A stretch of DNA of 64,000 bases, taken from NCBI GenBank assembly GCA_963678065.2, contig CAXXVZ010000002.1, positions 384,001 to 448,000 on the forward strand. Reading direction: 5' to 3'. Positions 10,264 through 19,243 of this stretch are shown here, in pieces. This DNA is from Treponemataceae bacterium (GTDB lineage Bacteria; Spirochaetota; Spirochaetia; Treponematales; Rectinemataceae). The notes under the pieces were generated by a model that was not told where the DNA came from, made no database searches, and saw only the letters and a program-made list of their open reading frames with translations. Each line of letters begins with the position of its first letter. The first letter of the stretch is position 1. The translations under genes were made by a program, and so were the position numbers.

Positions 10264-11226
10264 CTAGCCCTGCTGCGACGGATCGGCGGAATCGCGCAGA
10301 CCGTCGCCGATGAAATTCACGCTCAATACGAAGAGCGAAATGACGATGCCGACGGGCAGCCATATCCACCAGTAATTCTGCAATGTCGTGAAATCGTTGG
10401 CCGCGTTGAGAATGTTGCCCCAGGTCGCGATCTGCAGGGGCACGCCCAGCCCGAGAAAACTCAGGGCCGCCTCCTGCAATATGAACATCGCCGTGCTGAG
10501 CGTGATGTTGACGACGATGGGTCCGAGGGCGTTCGGCAGCATGTGCTTGTAGCAGATGACGAGGTCGCTGAGGCCGAAAGCCTTGAGCGCCATGACGTAT
10601 TCCTCTTCGCGGATCGAAAGCATTTTGGCGCGCGTCATGCGATAGATGCTTCCCCATCCCGTCCCGATGAAGATGAGCACGAGGTTTCCCATACTCTGCC
10701 CCACGATGGAAACCAAGAGGAGCACGAGTACGATCTGCGGGAACGACATGAAGATCTCGGAAACCCCGAGGAAGATCCTGTCGACGATTCCTCCCTTGTA
10801 CCCGCCGTAGCAGCCGAGGAGTATCCCGATGAATGCGGCGCCCAGTGCACTTCCGAATCCGATGAGGATGGAAATCCTCCCGCCGTACAGGACGCGGGAA
10901 AAAATATCGCGTCCGAGCTTGTCGGTTCCGAACAGGTGCTGGGTCGACGGCGCCTTCAGCACAGCCTTCAGGTTGATCTGCAGCGGGCCGTAGGGCGCGA
11001 TGAGAGGTGCCAGAATGGAAGAGAGGACGATCAGGGCGAAAATGACGAGGCCGATGGCCGAAAGCCGGTTGGCGAGCATCTTCTTCAGCGCGCGGTTTCC
11101 CGACTGAGGCTTCAGGAGTCCCGCCTCCTCGGCGGCGAGAATGCGGTCCATCTTCCGGTCGCGCCGCGACTTCCTGCGGGTCGTGTCCGTTGCGCCCGCG
11201 GCGTCCATGGTCGTCGTGTCTCTCAT
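10264..11226 (-). CDS. Opp/Dpp-type ABC permease (OppC-like)
   Basis: HLFGTDKLGRDIFSR, EAALSFLGLG. Confidence 0.92.
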   Translation of the reverse strand: MRDTTTMDAAGATDTTRRKSRRDRKMDRILAAEEAGLLKPQSGNRALKKMLANRLSAIGLVIFALIVLSSILAPLIAPYGPLQINLKAVLKAPSTQHLFGTDKLGRDIFSRVLYGGRISILIGFGSALGAAFIGILLGCYGGYKGGIVDRIFLGVSEIFMSFPQIVLVLLLVSIVGQSMGNLVLIFIGTGWGSIYRMTRAKMLSIREEEYVMALKAFGLSDLVICYKHMLPNALGPIVVNITLSTAMFILQEAALSFLGLGVPLQIATWGNILNAANDFTTLQNYWWIWLPVGIVISLFVLSVNFIGDGLRDSADPSQQG

Positions 11227-12182
11227 GAGAGCTTCACCCTGGGATCCAGTATCGCCGTCATCAGATCGACGAAGAGGCTGGCGAAGAGCACCGCCATGAC
11301 GAAGAACAGCGCGATCATCATGACGAGGGGATAATTCTGCCCCCGCACCGCCGCTATGAATTCGCTTCCGACGCCGGGCCACTGAAAAATCTGCTCGATC
11401 ACGACAGAGCCGCCGATGAGCATCGGCAGGCGGAAACCGATGAGGACGATGATCGGCGTAAGCGCCACGCGGAAACCGTGCACGAGGTTGATCCGCCATT
11501 CGGGCAGACCCTTGCTCCGCGCGGTCTTCATGTACTCCTTGTCGATCGTGTCGAGCATGCTGGCCCGCGAGTAGCGCATGACGCCGGCTGTCATGGATAT
11601 TCCGAGAACCAGGGCGGGAAGCACGAGGTGCGGCAGCCGGTCGAAGAAGGTCAGCTGCCCTGGCATGAGCCTGCCGCCGATGGGCAGCCACCTGAGTTTG
11701 ATGGCGAAGACGAGGAGGCTGACGAGGCCGAAAAAGAATTCCGGAACCGAGACGCCGATCATTCCCGCTATCGTCAGCGCGGTGTCGGCGGCCTTCCCGC
11801 GTTTCAGGGCGCTGAAGAGGCCCAGCACGCTTCCCATGATCGACGAGATGACAAGCGCCGCGATGGACAACTCCAGTGTGGCCGGCAGGCGGCTGAAAAC
11901 GATGTCCCTGATGGGAACACCGCTCGTCAGGCTGTAGCCGAAGTTGCCCTGCAGGACCCCCACGAGCCAGCGGACATACCGGAACAGGAAGGGCGTGTTC
12001 AGCCCGAGCGATTCGCGCATCGCGGCGAGCTGGGAGGCATCCATGTTCGCCAGCGCGTCAGGGCTCACCATGAAGGACACGGCGTCGCCCGGCATGACCT
12101 CCAGCCCGAGAAAAATCAGGAAGGTCATGACGAGCAGCATCGGGATGAAAGTCAGAAGACGTCGGATTGCGTATTCGAACAT
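11223..12182 (-). CDS. Opp/Dpp-type ABC permease (OppB-like)
   Basis: PGDAV, RLPATLEL, TARSKGL, EQIFQWPGVG. Confidence 0.93.
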   Translation of the reverse strand: MFEYAIRRLLTFIPMLLVMTFLIFLGLEVMPGDAVSFMVSPDALANMDASQLAAMRESLGLNTPFLFRYVRWLVGVLQGNFGYSLTSGVPIRDIVFSRLPATLELSIAALVISSIMGSVLGLFSALKRGKAADTALTIAGMIGVSVPEFFFGLVSLLVFAIKLRWLPIGGRLMPGQLTFFDRLPHLVLPALVLGISMTAGVMRYSRASMLDTIDKEYMKTARSKGLPEWRINLVHGFRVALTPIIVLIGFRLPMLIGGSVVIEQIFQWPGVGSEFIAAVRGQNYPLVMMIALFFVMAVLFASLFVDLMTAILDPRVKLS

Positions 12183-12299
12183 GGCTGTGGCGACCCTTTG
12201 GATGGTGGATGGATTCCGCGGGGGAAGGGAAGGAACGGCACGCGATGACCGCTCCGGCGCCCCTCCCCCGCGACGATACTACGAAACCGTACCCGGCCC

Positions 12300-13916
12300 T
12301 CAGGGCTTCGGGAACTTGTTCACGAAGAAAAGGCGAGTGTAGCGGATATTGACCGGGGTCACTTTCAGGTGACTCATCTTCTCGAGGGCGAGAACATCCT
12401 CGATGCTCTTGGTGTAGGCGTAGTCGAGCTGCTTAGCGGCCGCGTTCTTGACGAGGTTGGGATCGGATTCGCCGGAGGGGTACATCTGGATCTCGTCGAT
12501 CTTCGCGACGCCATCGTGGTAGGCCTTGAAGGGCACGAAGGTGGCGTAGTTGTTCATGGAGATGGTCTTGACCATGAAGGGACCGGAGCCGATGGGGTTC
12601 TGCCAGAAGGCGGCCTGCTGGAACTGCAGCGGGTCGACATTGGCGAAATACTTCTTCGGCAGGGGCGGGAACTGGGAGAAGCAGAGAAGAGCGTTGGGAT
12701 TCACGGTGGCGTAGGTGAACGTGATCGTGTTGCCGCTCACCGCGATACCCTTGATTCCGGCAGCCTTGCCGTCCTTGAAGTCCTGGTATCCGTCGAGCGC
12801 CCTCAGCATGGTGTTGAATACTGCGTTGACCGTTGGCACTTTTGCCGCGAACTCGTAGGTCCACTTCACGTCTTCGGCGGTGATGGGGGCGCCGTCGTGC
12901 CACTTGATCCCGTTTTTGAGCTTGAAGGAGATGACCTTGCCGTCGGGGCTGACGGAGTACTCGGAGGCGAGCTGTCCTTCGAATGTGGCGAGGCCCGCAT
13001 CGGCCACGACGAGGTGGTCGAAGAGGACTTTCTGGCTCATGAAGAGTCCGGGATTCAGGAAGGGAGTCTCGACGAAGGCGACAGGGCCGCCGTTGGTCTT
13101 CAGAACTTTCTTGCCCGACGCGTCCGCGGGAACGTCCCACTTCACGATATTCCAGTCGTAGTTGAACTGCTCGTTGCCAAAAAGCGCGCCGGCCCTGTCG
13201 AGCCTCGTGCTGGAAGCGACGAAAACCTGCTGGTAGTAGAGGGGAATTGCCGGCATATTCTCGTTTTCATACTGCTGGAGCTTGAAGAAGGCCTTCTTCT
13301 GCGCGACCGGATCGACGACATTGGTGGCGTTGATGAGGGCCTGAAGGGTCACATCCTTCGGCGTGTGGGAGTTGCTCGCTCCGCCGGGAAGGAACCTGTC
13401 GTAGTACTCGTGCATGGCGAGGGCCGCTACGGCCGCGTAGGCCATGTCCCACTTCACCGCCGAGGGGCCGTTGACCGGATCGGCGGGCGGCACCCAGAGC
13501 TGCGAGGCGAGGTCGCCTTCCAGCTTGCGGAAGGTCATCTTCATGCCCACGTCGGCGAGGTAAGCCTGCACAGCGGTCATGAGATCGACCGTCATCTGGT
13601 CGCCGTAGTAGTAGACCACGTCGAGCACGTAGGACGGATTCCAGCCAGCCTCTTTCAGGAGCTGTCTGGCTTTCTCGGGATTGTAGGCGTAGTCGTTCAG
13701 TCCGGGAGTCTTCCACGCGCCGTTGGGCGTGAGGCTGTTGGCGATGATCGCCTTCCCGCTCATCAGACTCTCCACGACCGTCTTCATGTCGATCGCGTAC
13801 TTTATGGCCTGGCGCACTCTGGGGTCGGCCAGAGGGCTCACCTTGCCGGCCGGAGCCGCGAAGGCGGTCGAAAGGGTGACCGCGACGAGCAGAAGCAGGA
13901 TTAGCGCTTTCTTCAT
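12300..13916 (-). CDS. Family-5 ABC substrate-binding protein, circularly permuted
   Basis: Signal peptide MKKALILLL...AFA; DPRVRQAIKYAID precedes DGKVISFKLKNGIKWHDG and IGSGPF; RBS GGAGG. Confidence 0.88.
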   Translation of the reverse strand: MKKALILLLLVAVTLSTAFAAPAGKVSPLADPRVRQAIKYAIDMKTVVESLMSGKAIIANSLTPNGAWKTPGLNDYAYNPEKARQLLKEAGWNPSYVLDVVYYYGDQMTVDLMTAVQAYLADVGMKMTFRKLEGDLASQLWVPPADPVNGPSAVKWDMAYAAVAALAMHEYYDRFLPGGASNSHTPKDVTLQALINATNVVDPVAQKKAFFKLQQYENENMPAIPLYYQQVFVASSTRLDRAGALFGNEQFNYDWNIVKWDVPADASGKKVLKTNGGPVAFVETPFLNPGLFMSQKVLFDHLVVADAGLATFEGQLASEYSVSPDGKVISFKLKNGIKWHDGAPITAEDVKWTYEFAAKVPTVNAVFNTMLRALDGYQDFKDGKAAGIKGIAVSGNTITFTYATVNPNALLCFSQFPPLPKKYFANVDPLQFQQAAFWQNPIGSGPFMVKTISMNNYATFVPFKAYHDGVAKIDEIQMYPSGESDPNLVKNAAAKQLDYAYTKSIEDVLALEKMSHLKVTPVNIRYTRLFFVNKFPKP

Positions 13917-13929
13917 AGATGATCCTCCA

Positions 13930-13981
13930 TGATATATCAGCAGATATATCACATGATATTTCATGTTTTCGGATCTGTCAA
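13930..13981 (-). promoter_or_regulatory. Sigma70 promoter TTGACA-17-TATCAT with three tandem GATAT(A/T)TCA operator-like boxes
   Basis: -35 at 13981-13976, -10 at 13958-13953; boxes at 13930, 13942, 13954. Confidence 0.7.
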
Positions 13982-15042
13982 AGCAAATTTTTACCAAAAG
14001 CGCGAGAAGAAGAATCCTCGACGAAGGCCGGGACGCGGGATCGCGCGAAATCCCGCATCGCGATGATGTTCCGGCGCGGCGAGTCCCGTGGAATCTCGCA
14101 GCCGGCGCCGACGATCCAGGCGCGACGGCCTGCGTCCTCGAAACAGGCTTCGAGAGCTCGCCCGACATCCTCCGCCGAGCCGGAGCGAACGACCGACACT
14201 GTGTCGATATTGCCGAGAAGGACCGCGTCAGGCCCAAGGTGCGCGCGGGCGTTCGCCACGGGAGAGGCGGTATCGAGGTCGACGATGTCGTAGCCGAAGC
14301 CGGCGATGACCGGCACGAGTTCCGCGGTGCGTCCGCAGATGTGGAGCCGCGCGAGGGCTCCCGCTTCATGGATCGCCTCGACATAGCGACGGTGGTACGA
14401 CGCCACGAATTCTTCGAAAAGCGCGGGGCCGATGAGGGAGGAAGCCGCGTCGCCGACGCCGACAAGATCCGCGCCGGCGCGGACCTGGGAAAGCGCGAAG
14501 GCAATCTCCTGCTCCGTCACGAAATCCAGAAGTCCGGACACGAATTCCGGATCGTCGAAGAAATCCATCATGAGCCGCGACAGACCCCGGAGATCCGCGG
14601 CCTCGGCGCAGGGCCCCTCGACCCATCCTTCGACCATGAGGGAGCCCGCACTTTGAGCCGCGAGGGCAGAGACCACCGACAGGCGGTTGGACATTCTCCT
14701 TCCGTCCTCGGGCTTGAGCACCGACAGGCCCGCGAGCGCCGCCTTGTCTGAAAGGAGGGAGCCCGCCTCGTCGTTCGCTGGCGGTTCGTCGTCGTAAAAC
14801 ACGACGGCGCCCCCGAGATCGGAGGATTCCACCGCCGGATCGGATATCGCAGACACATGGTCGAAACCAAAGGTTCCTGCCGCGGCCATCTGCCCGCGGA
14901 CATGGACGCGCCAGTCTGTCGCGTACGATGCGTAGCGCTCTCCGACGAGATCCGCGGCGAGCATCATGGTTATAGGCATAAGCGGAAGGCAGTCGGCAGC
15001 CCCCGTGAGCACAGTCCGCGCGATACGTTCTTTTCCGTTCAT
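13978..15042 (-). CDS. URO-D-fold protein, MtaA/CmuA methyltransferase type
   Basis: MNGKERI, GPCAEAADLRG, LHICG and GAGCE Zn ligands, LLGNID. Confidence 0.85.
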   Translation of the reverse strand: MNGKERIARTVLTGAADCLPLMPITMMLAADLVGERYASYATDWRVHVRGQMAAAGTFGFDHVSAISDPAVESSDLGGAVVFYDDEPPANDEAGSLLSDKAALAGLSVLKPEDGRRMSNRLSVVSALAAQSAGSLMVEGWVEGPCAEAADLRGLSRLMMDFFDDPEFVSGLLDFVTEQEIAFALSQVRAGADLVGVGDAASSLIGPALFEEFVASYHRRYVEAIHEAGALARLHICGRTAELVPVIAGFGYDIVDLDTASPVANARAHLGPDAVLLGNIDTVSVVRSGSAEDVGRALEACFEDAGRRAWIVGAGCEIPRDSPRRNIIAMRDFARSRVPAFVEDSSSRAFGKNLL

Positions 15043-15277
15043 CGAATCGCCCTCCCGGCGACCGGCTGGTCTTGCCCTTCTGGGCTTGCCGGCAGGTTAC
15101 ATCCCATATCCATCAGACTCATCCCCGTGTCAAGGCTGCGCGTCCGGAGCGCCCTGTACAGGATTTTGTGCCAGAAGGGGAAAGAATTGGATAGGATGAT
15201 CGGTTTTTCCACTTCGTACCTTCAATCACCGCAGCCTTTCCCTTGCGTATATGGCTTATACTGGAGGTATGAAGAGA

Positions 15278-15904
15278 ATGGCCGAACCTGCAATAGCCCC
15301 TTCAGGAAGGTTCACGTATCGCGACTACAGAAACTGGCCGGACGAGGAGCGCTGGGAGCTCATCGGAGGCATCGCGTTTGGCATGAGCCCTGCGCCGAGG
15401 CTGAATCACCAGAACGCGGTTCTGGAACTGGGCAGCCGAATCCAAGAATTCCTGCGCGGCAAACCATGCACGGCATTCATTTCGCCGGTTGATGTCCTCC
15501 TGATGGAACCCGGACAGGAGGACGACGAAGCGGAGAATGTCGTCCAGCCTGACATCGTCGTGGTCTGCGACCCCGGGAAGCTCGCAAACGGACGCTATAT
15601 CCGCGGATCTCCCGATCTTGTCGTCGAGATACTCTCACCCTCGACCATGAAGAAGGATGTGAGGGAAAAATTCACTCTCTACGAGCGTATGGGAGTCAAG
15701 GAGTACTGGATCGTCGAGCCTTCGGCCTGTTGGCTTCACCGCTATGTCCTCGGCCCGGTCGCACGCAGCGGAGACCAGGACGACGGGAAGGTCTTGTGCT
15801 ATGGCGAGGCGCTTGTCCGGGACAAAGGCGACGGCCTGGGTCCGGTCGCGTCGCTTGTGTTAGACGGCTTTTCCTTCGTGCCGGACGAGGTCTTCGGCGG
15901 TTAG
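15278..15904 (+). CDS. Uma2-family PD-(D/E)XK endonuclease-like protein
   Basis: FTYRDY...WELIGG, MSPAP, VQPDIVV, PDLVVEILSPST, GVKEYWIV. Confidence 0.9.
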   Translation: MAEPAIAPSGRFTYRDYRNWPDEERWELIGGIAFGMSPAPRLNHQNAVLELGSRIQEFLRGKPCTAFISPVDVLLMEPGQEDDEAENVVQPDIVVVCDPGKLANGRYIRGSPDLVVEILSPSTMKKDVREKFTLYERMGVKEYWIVEPSACWLHRYVLGPVARSGDQDDGKVLCYGEALVRDKGDGLGPVASLVLDGFSFVPDEVFGG

Positions 15905-17295
15905 CGCCGGCTTTCCCCTTCTTGCCTGATGTACTCCTTCCGCGAGAGGAGGCGCTCGAGGTAGCGGGACTTCATCTGGCGGCTCGCCATGATCTGCTTC
16001 GCGGGGGGAAGCTCGAGGATGACCCCGAGGATCGCCGCCATCGCGCGGTGGCTCGCGAGGGCTTGGTTGTCGAAGATGAGGTTCTGCAGCTTGCCCCGTT
16101 CGATGGCCATGAGGACTGCGCGGTGCGCGGAGTTGACCGGCGTAAGGACTCTCGCCGCGCGGGCCTTCAGGGAGAGGGCGCCCGCGGGGCATGCGCGGAC
16201 ACAGACGCCGCATCCGAGGCAGATCGACTCGTCGAGGCGGGCCTTCTTGCGGTGAGGCGCCTTCGGATCGGAGGCCGAGACGAGAGCCATGGCCTCGACG
16301 GGGCATGCCTCGGCACATTTGCCGCAGCCCGTGCAGACGCTCCGGTCGACGACTGGCAGGAAATTGGTTGTCGCGATGGGGTTGAGGACCGCGAAGCGCT
16401 TGGCCGCGAGGAGGGCCTCGCAACAGCACCCGCAGCAGTTGCAGATGAAGGACACCGATTCGCGGACGTTCTCGCCGAACTGGACGAGGCCGCGCCCGAC
16501 AGCCTCGTCGAGGAGGTCGAGTCCTTCCGCGACGTCGATGCCGCGCGCTACGCCGTGCCTGACGAGGGAATCGGCGACGCCGTTGAAGGTGAGGCATATC
16601 TCCATCGGCGCATCGCAGGCCATGCCGAGATGTTCCATCTTGTGCCGACAGTAGCATGTGCCGACGCCGCGGTGTGAGGCGGTCCTGATGACCTCGCTCG
16701 CGCGCTCGTAGTCGAGGACGTGGAGGGTGTCGGGGCTCATGGTGTGCGCGCCTTGAGCATTGCCGGCAGGGAGCGCCGCGTCGGAACTGGCAGCCTGACT
16801 TACGGCGCGGCCGGCGGCGCGCTCCGAAAGAGCCTTCTCGTTCACGAAAACCCGCCCGAGTTGAGTCTCTCCGCCCGCGAAGAGGCCCCGGACGAAGTCT
16901 TCCTCGACGTTGAGGTACTGGTAGTAGAGCTCGGCGAGGAGCTTCTGGTCGTAGCGATTACCGACGCGCATCATCGAAAACTCGAAGAACCCAGCCATCG
17001 GCGGCGGCATCGCGAAAATCCTGCCCCCCTCGCGCTCCATGTCGAGGATCATCCCGCGCGAGGCGAGATCCTCGAGTAAGGCGATGGCCTGGGGCTCGGG
17101 CATTTTCCACAGGCGCGCCGCCGTTGTGGCATCGAAGGGCCGGATCGGAAGGAGTGCCACCAGGGCGGCCTCCTTCTCGCTGAAGAGGACGGAGAGTATC
17201 CGGAAGAGAAGCTCGCCCGGAGGCGCGCCCTGAGGGAACAGGTTTATCCGGCCGGCAAGGGAACCGTAGCCGTTCTTGAGCGTTTGGTGGGCCAT
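15901..17295 (-). CDS. 4Fe-4S dicluster-containing protein of unknown function
   Basis: CYCRH, ICNCCGCCC, CTGCGKCAEACP, CLGCGVCVRACP. Confidence 0.88.
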   Translation of the reverse strand: MAHQTLKNGYGSLAGRINLFPQGAPPGELLFRILSVLFSEKEAALVALLPIRPFDATTAARLWKMPEPQAIALLEDLASRGMILDMEREGGRIFAMPPPMAGFFEFSMMRVGNRYDQKLLAELYYQYLNVEEDFVRGLFAGGETQLGRVFVNEKALSERAAGRAVSQAASSDAALPAGNAQGAHTMSPDTLHVLDYERASEVIRTASHRGVGTCYCRHKMEHLGMACDAPMEICLTFNGVADSLVRHGVARGIDVAEGLDLLDEAVGRGLVQFGENVRESVSFICNCCGCCCEALLAAKRFAVLNPIATTNFLPVVDRSVCTGCGKCAEACPVEAMALVSASDPKAPHRKKARLDESICLGCGVCVRACPAGALSLKARAARVLTPVNSAHRAVLMAIERGKLQNLIFDNQALASHRAMAAILGVILELPPAKQIMASRQMKSRYLERLLSRKEYIRQEGESRR

Positions 17296-17458
17296 GACGG
17301 GGTCGCCTCCTCCAGCACAGATACTCGCCGTGATCGACTATACCACCGATAAAAGCGGCGTCCAACAGCCGGCGCGGCATCCCGCCGGCATCCCCGCAGA
17401 CTCATCCGGCGATGCCGGGGACTTGCGGGGAATGGCGGGAGAAGGATAGGGTTTTCGT

Positions 17459-18022
17459 ATGGACAAGCCCGGCGCCTGGATGGAAACGGAATCGAAACCG
17501 ATAGCGGATTGCCGCATCTTCAAGGTTTCGGAGAGCGACAGAGAGACGCGCGATGGAGAAAAACGTGGTGCCTTCTACCTCGTACACGCGCCGGACTGGG
17601 CTGGGGTCATTCCCGTCGTCGACACGCCCGAAGGCCGGAAATTCGTCATGATCCGGCAGTTCAGGCACGGCACCGGCCGCGTATCGGTCGAGTTTCCCGG
17701 CGGAATCGTGGACCCGGGAGAGGACCCCGCTCGCGCGGTCGCACGGGAACTCCTCGAGGAAACCGGCTACCGCGCGGAGTTCATCGTCCCCCTGGGAGAC
17801 CTCTCGCCGAATCCCGCCTTCATGACGAACACCTTCCACGCCTTCATCGCCGAGAGCTGCGTCCTGGAACGCCCCCAGCGCCTCGACGAGCACGAGGAAA
17901 TCGAAGTTCTCCTCGTCCCGGAGCGCGACGCCATCGACATGATCGGCGGCGAGGAATACGGGCACGCCCTCATGACAGCGACCTTGTTCTTCTACATGCG
18001 CTACAGGGGCCTCTCCAACTGA
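17459..18022 (+). CDS. NUDIX hydrolase (ADP-ribose pyrophosphatase-like)
   Basis: EFPGGIVDPGEDPARAVARELLEETGY Nudix box. Confidence 0.92.
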   Translation: MDKPGAWMETESKPIADCRIFKVSESDRETRDGEKRGAFYLVHAPDWAGVIPVVDTPEGRKFVMIRQFRHGTGRVSVEFPGGIVDPGEDPARAVARELLEETGYRAEFIVPLGDLSPNPAFMTNTFHAFIAESCVLERPQRLDEHEEIEVLLVPERDAIDMIGGEEYGHALMTATLFFYMRYRGLSN

Positions 18023-18093
18023 AGCTGGAGCCGAACTGACCTCGACCTCGGGCCGGACCTGCGACATTCAGGACCGCGCGGCTCCGTCAGTCG

Positions 18094-19167
18094 TCATGCC
18101 CCCGATTTTACTATTCGCGATATGACCTCCACGAATGTCCCCATCTCGTCATCGGTGCCGATACTCACGCGCAGATAATTGTCTATCCTTGGCTTCCTGA
18201 AATATCGCACGAGCACCCGGTTCTCTTTCAGTTTCACGTAGAGTTCACCCGCGTGTATCGAAGAATGGCTGATGAATATGAAGTTCGCAGTCGATTCGAA
18301 CACCCTGAATCCGATTGCCCGCAACTCATGCGTTACCCGGTTCCGGGTCTGAATTATCTTTTCCCGCGTCGCCTGGAAATACTCTTCATCCCCGAATGCC
18401 TCGATCGCGCCGAAAAGAGCCAATCTGTCAAGCGTATACGAGTTTATCGAGCTCTTGACTCGGTTGAGGCCTTCGATCAGGTCTCTGTGACCTACAGCGA
18501 ACCCCACCCGCAATCCAGCCAGCGAGCGCGATTTCGAAAGTGTCTGGACCACCAGCAGATTGGGGTATGCGTCGATCAGACCGACTATGGATTGTCCCCC
18601 GAAGTCGATATACGCTTCGTCGACAATCACGACTTTTTCAATCGCGAGATTGTAATCCAGCAATCGCCGTATCTCGGAAATGGAAAGGTACCGCGATGTC
18701 GGAGCATTGGGATTGCATATGATGATCCCGCCATTCGGTGTAAAGAACTTTTCCACGGGAATGGAAAAATCCTCCTCCAGTTCGATTGTCCTGGATCGCA
18801 GTTTGAAAAAGTTCGTATAGACCGGATAAAAACTGTAAGTGACATCAGGGTACAAAACCGGCTGATCATGATCGAAAAAAGCGGCGAACGAGAATGCCAG
18901 GACTTCATCGGAACCATTTCCGACAAAGACTTCCTCCTTCGTCACGCCATAGTATCGGGCTATTGTATCGCGCAGTTTTTCGCAGGACGGATCGGGATAG
19001 AGGCGAAGGTTTTCATCGGCGGCGTTCTTGATCGCCTGAATGACCTTCGGTGAAGGCGGATAAGGATTTTCATTCGTGTTCAGCTTGATATACTTCTTGT
19101 CCTGTGGTTGTTCGCCTGGAACATAGGTCTCCAGATCGGCTATTCCATCACTCCAGTATTTGCTCAT
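18094..19167 (-). CDS. hisC: Histidinol-phosphate aminotransferase
   Basis: YVPGEQP, KLNTNENPY, NGSDE, NPNAPT, DEAYIDF, TLSKSRSLAGLRVG. Confidence 0.93.
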   Translation of the reverse strand: MSKYWSDGIADLETYVPGEQPQDKKYIKLNTNENPYPPSPKVIQAIKNAADENLRLYPDPSCEKLRDTIARYYGVTKEEVFVGNGSDEVLAFSFAAFFDHDQPVLYPDVTYSFYPVYTNFFKLRSRTIELEEDFSIPVEKFFTPNGGIIICNPNAPTSRYLSISEIRRLLDYNLAIEKVVIVDEAYIDFGGQSIVGLIDAYPNLLVVQTLSKSRSLAGLRVGFAVGHRDLIEGLNRVKSSINSYTLDRLALFGAIEAFGDEEYFQATREKIIQTRNRVTHELRAIGFRVFESTANFIFISHSSIHAGELYVKLKENRVLVRYFRKPRIDNYLRVSIGTDDEMGTFVEVISRIVKSGA

Positions 19168-19243
19168 TTCTGTTCCTCTGCGACCAGTATAGCGCGCCGG
19201 CCCAGTCTTCGTCCCGAGGAGGCCGAGCGCGTCGCCTTGCGAA

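Noticed and set aside
15278..15904. Uma2 nuclease as part of a defence system
   Set aside because: Stand-alone gene; no methylase, antitoxin or other defence genes adjacent
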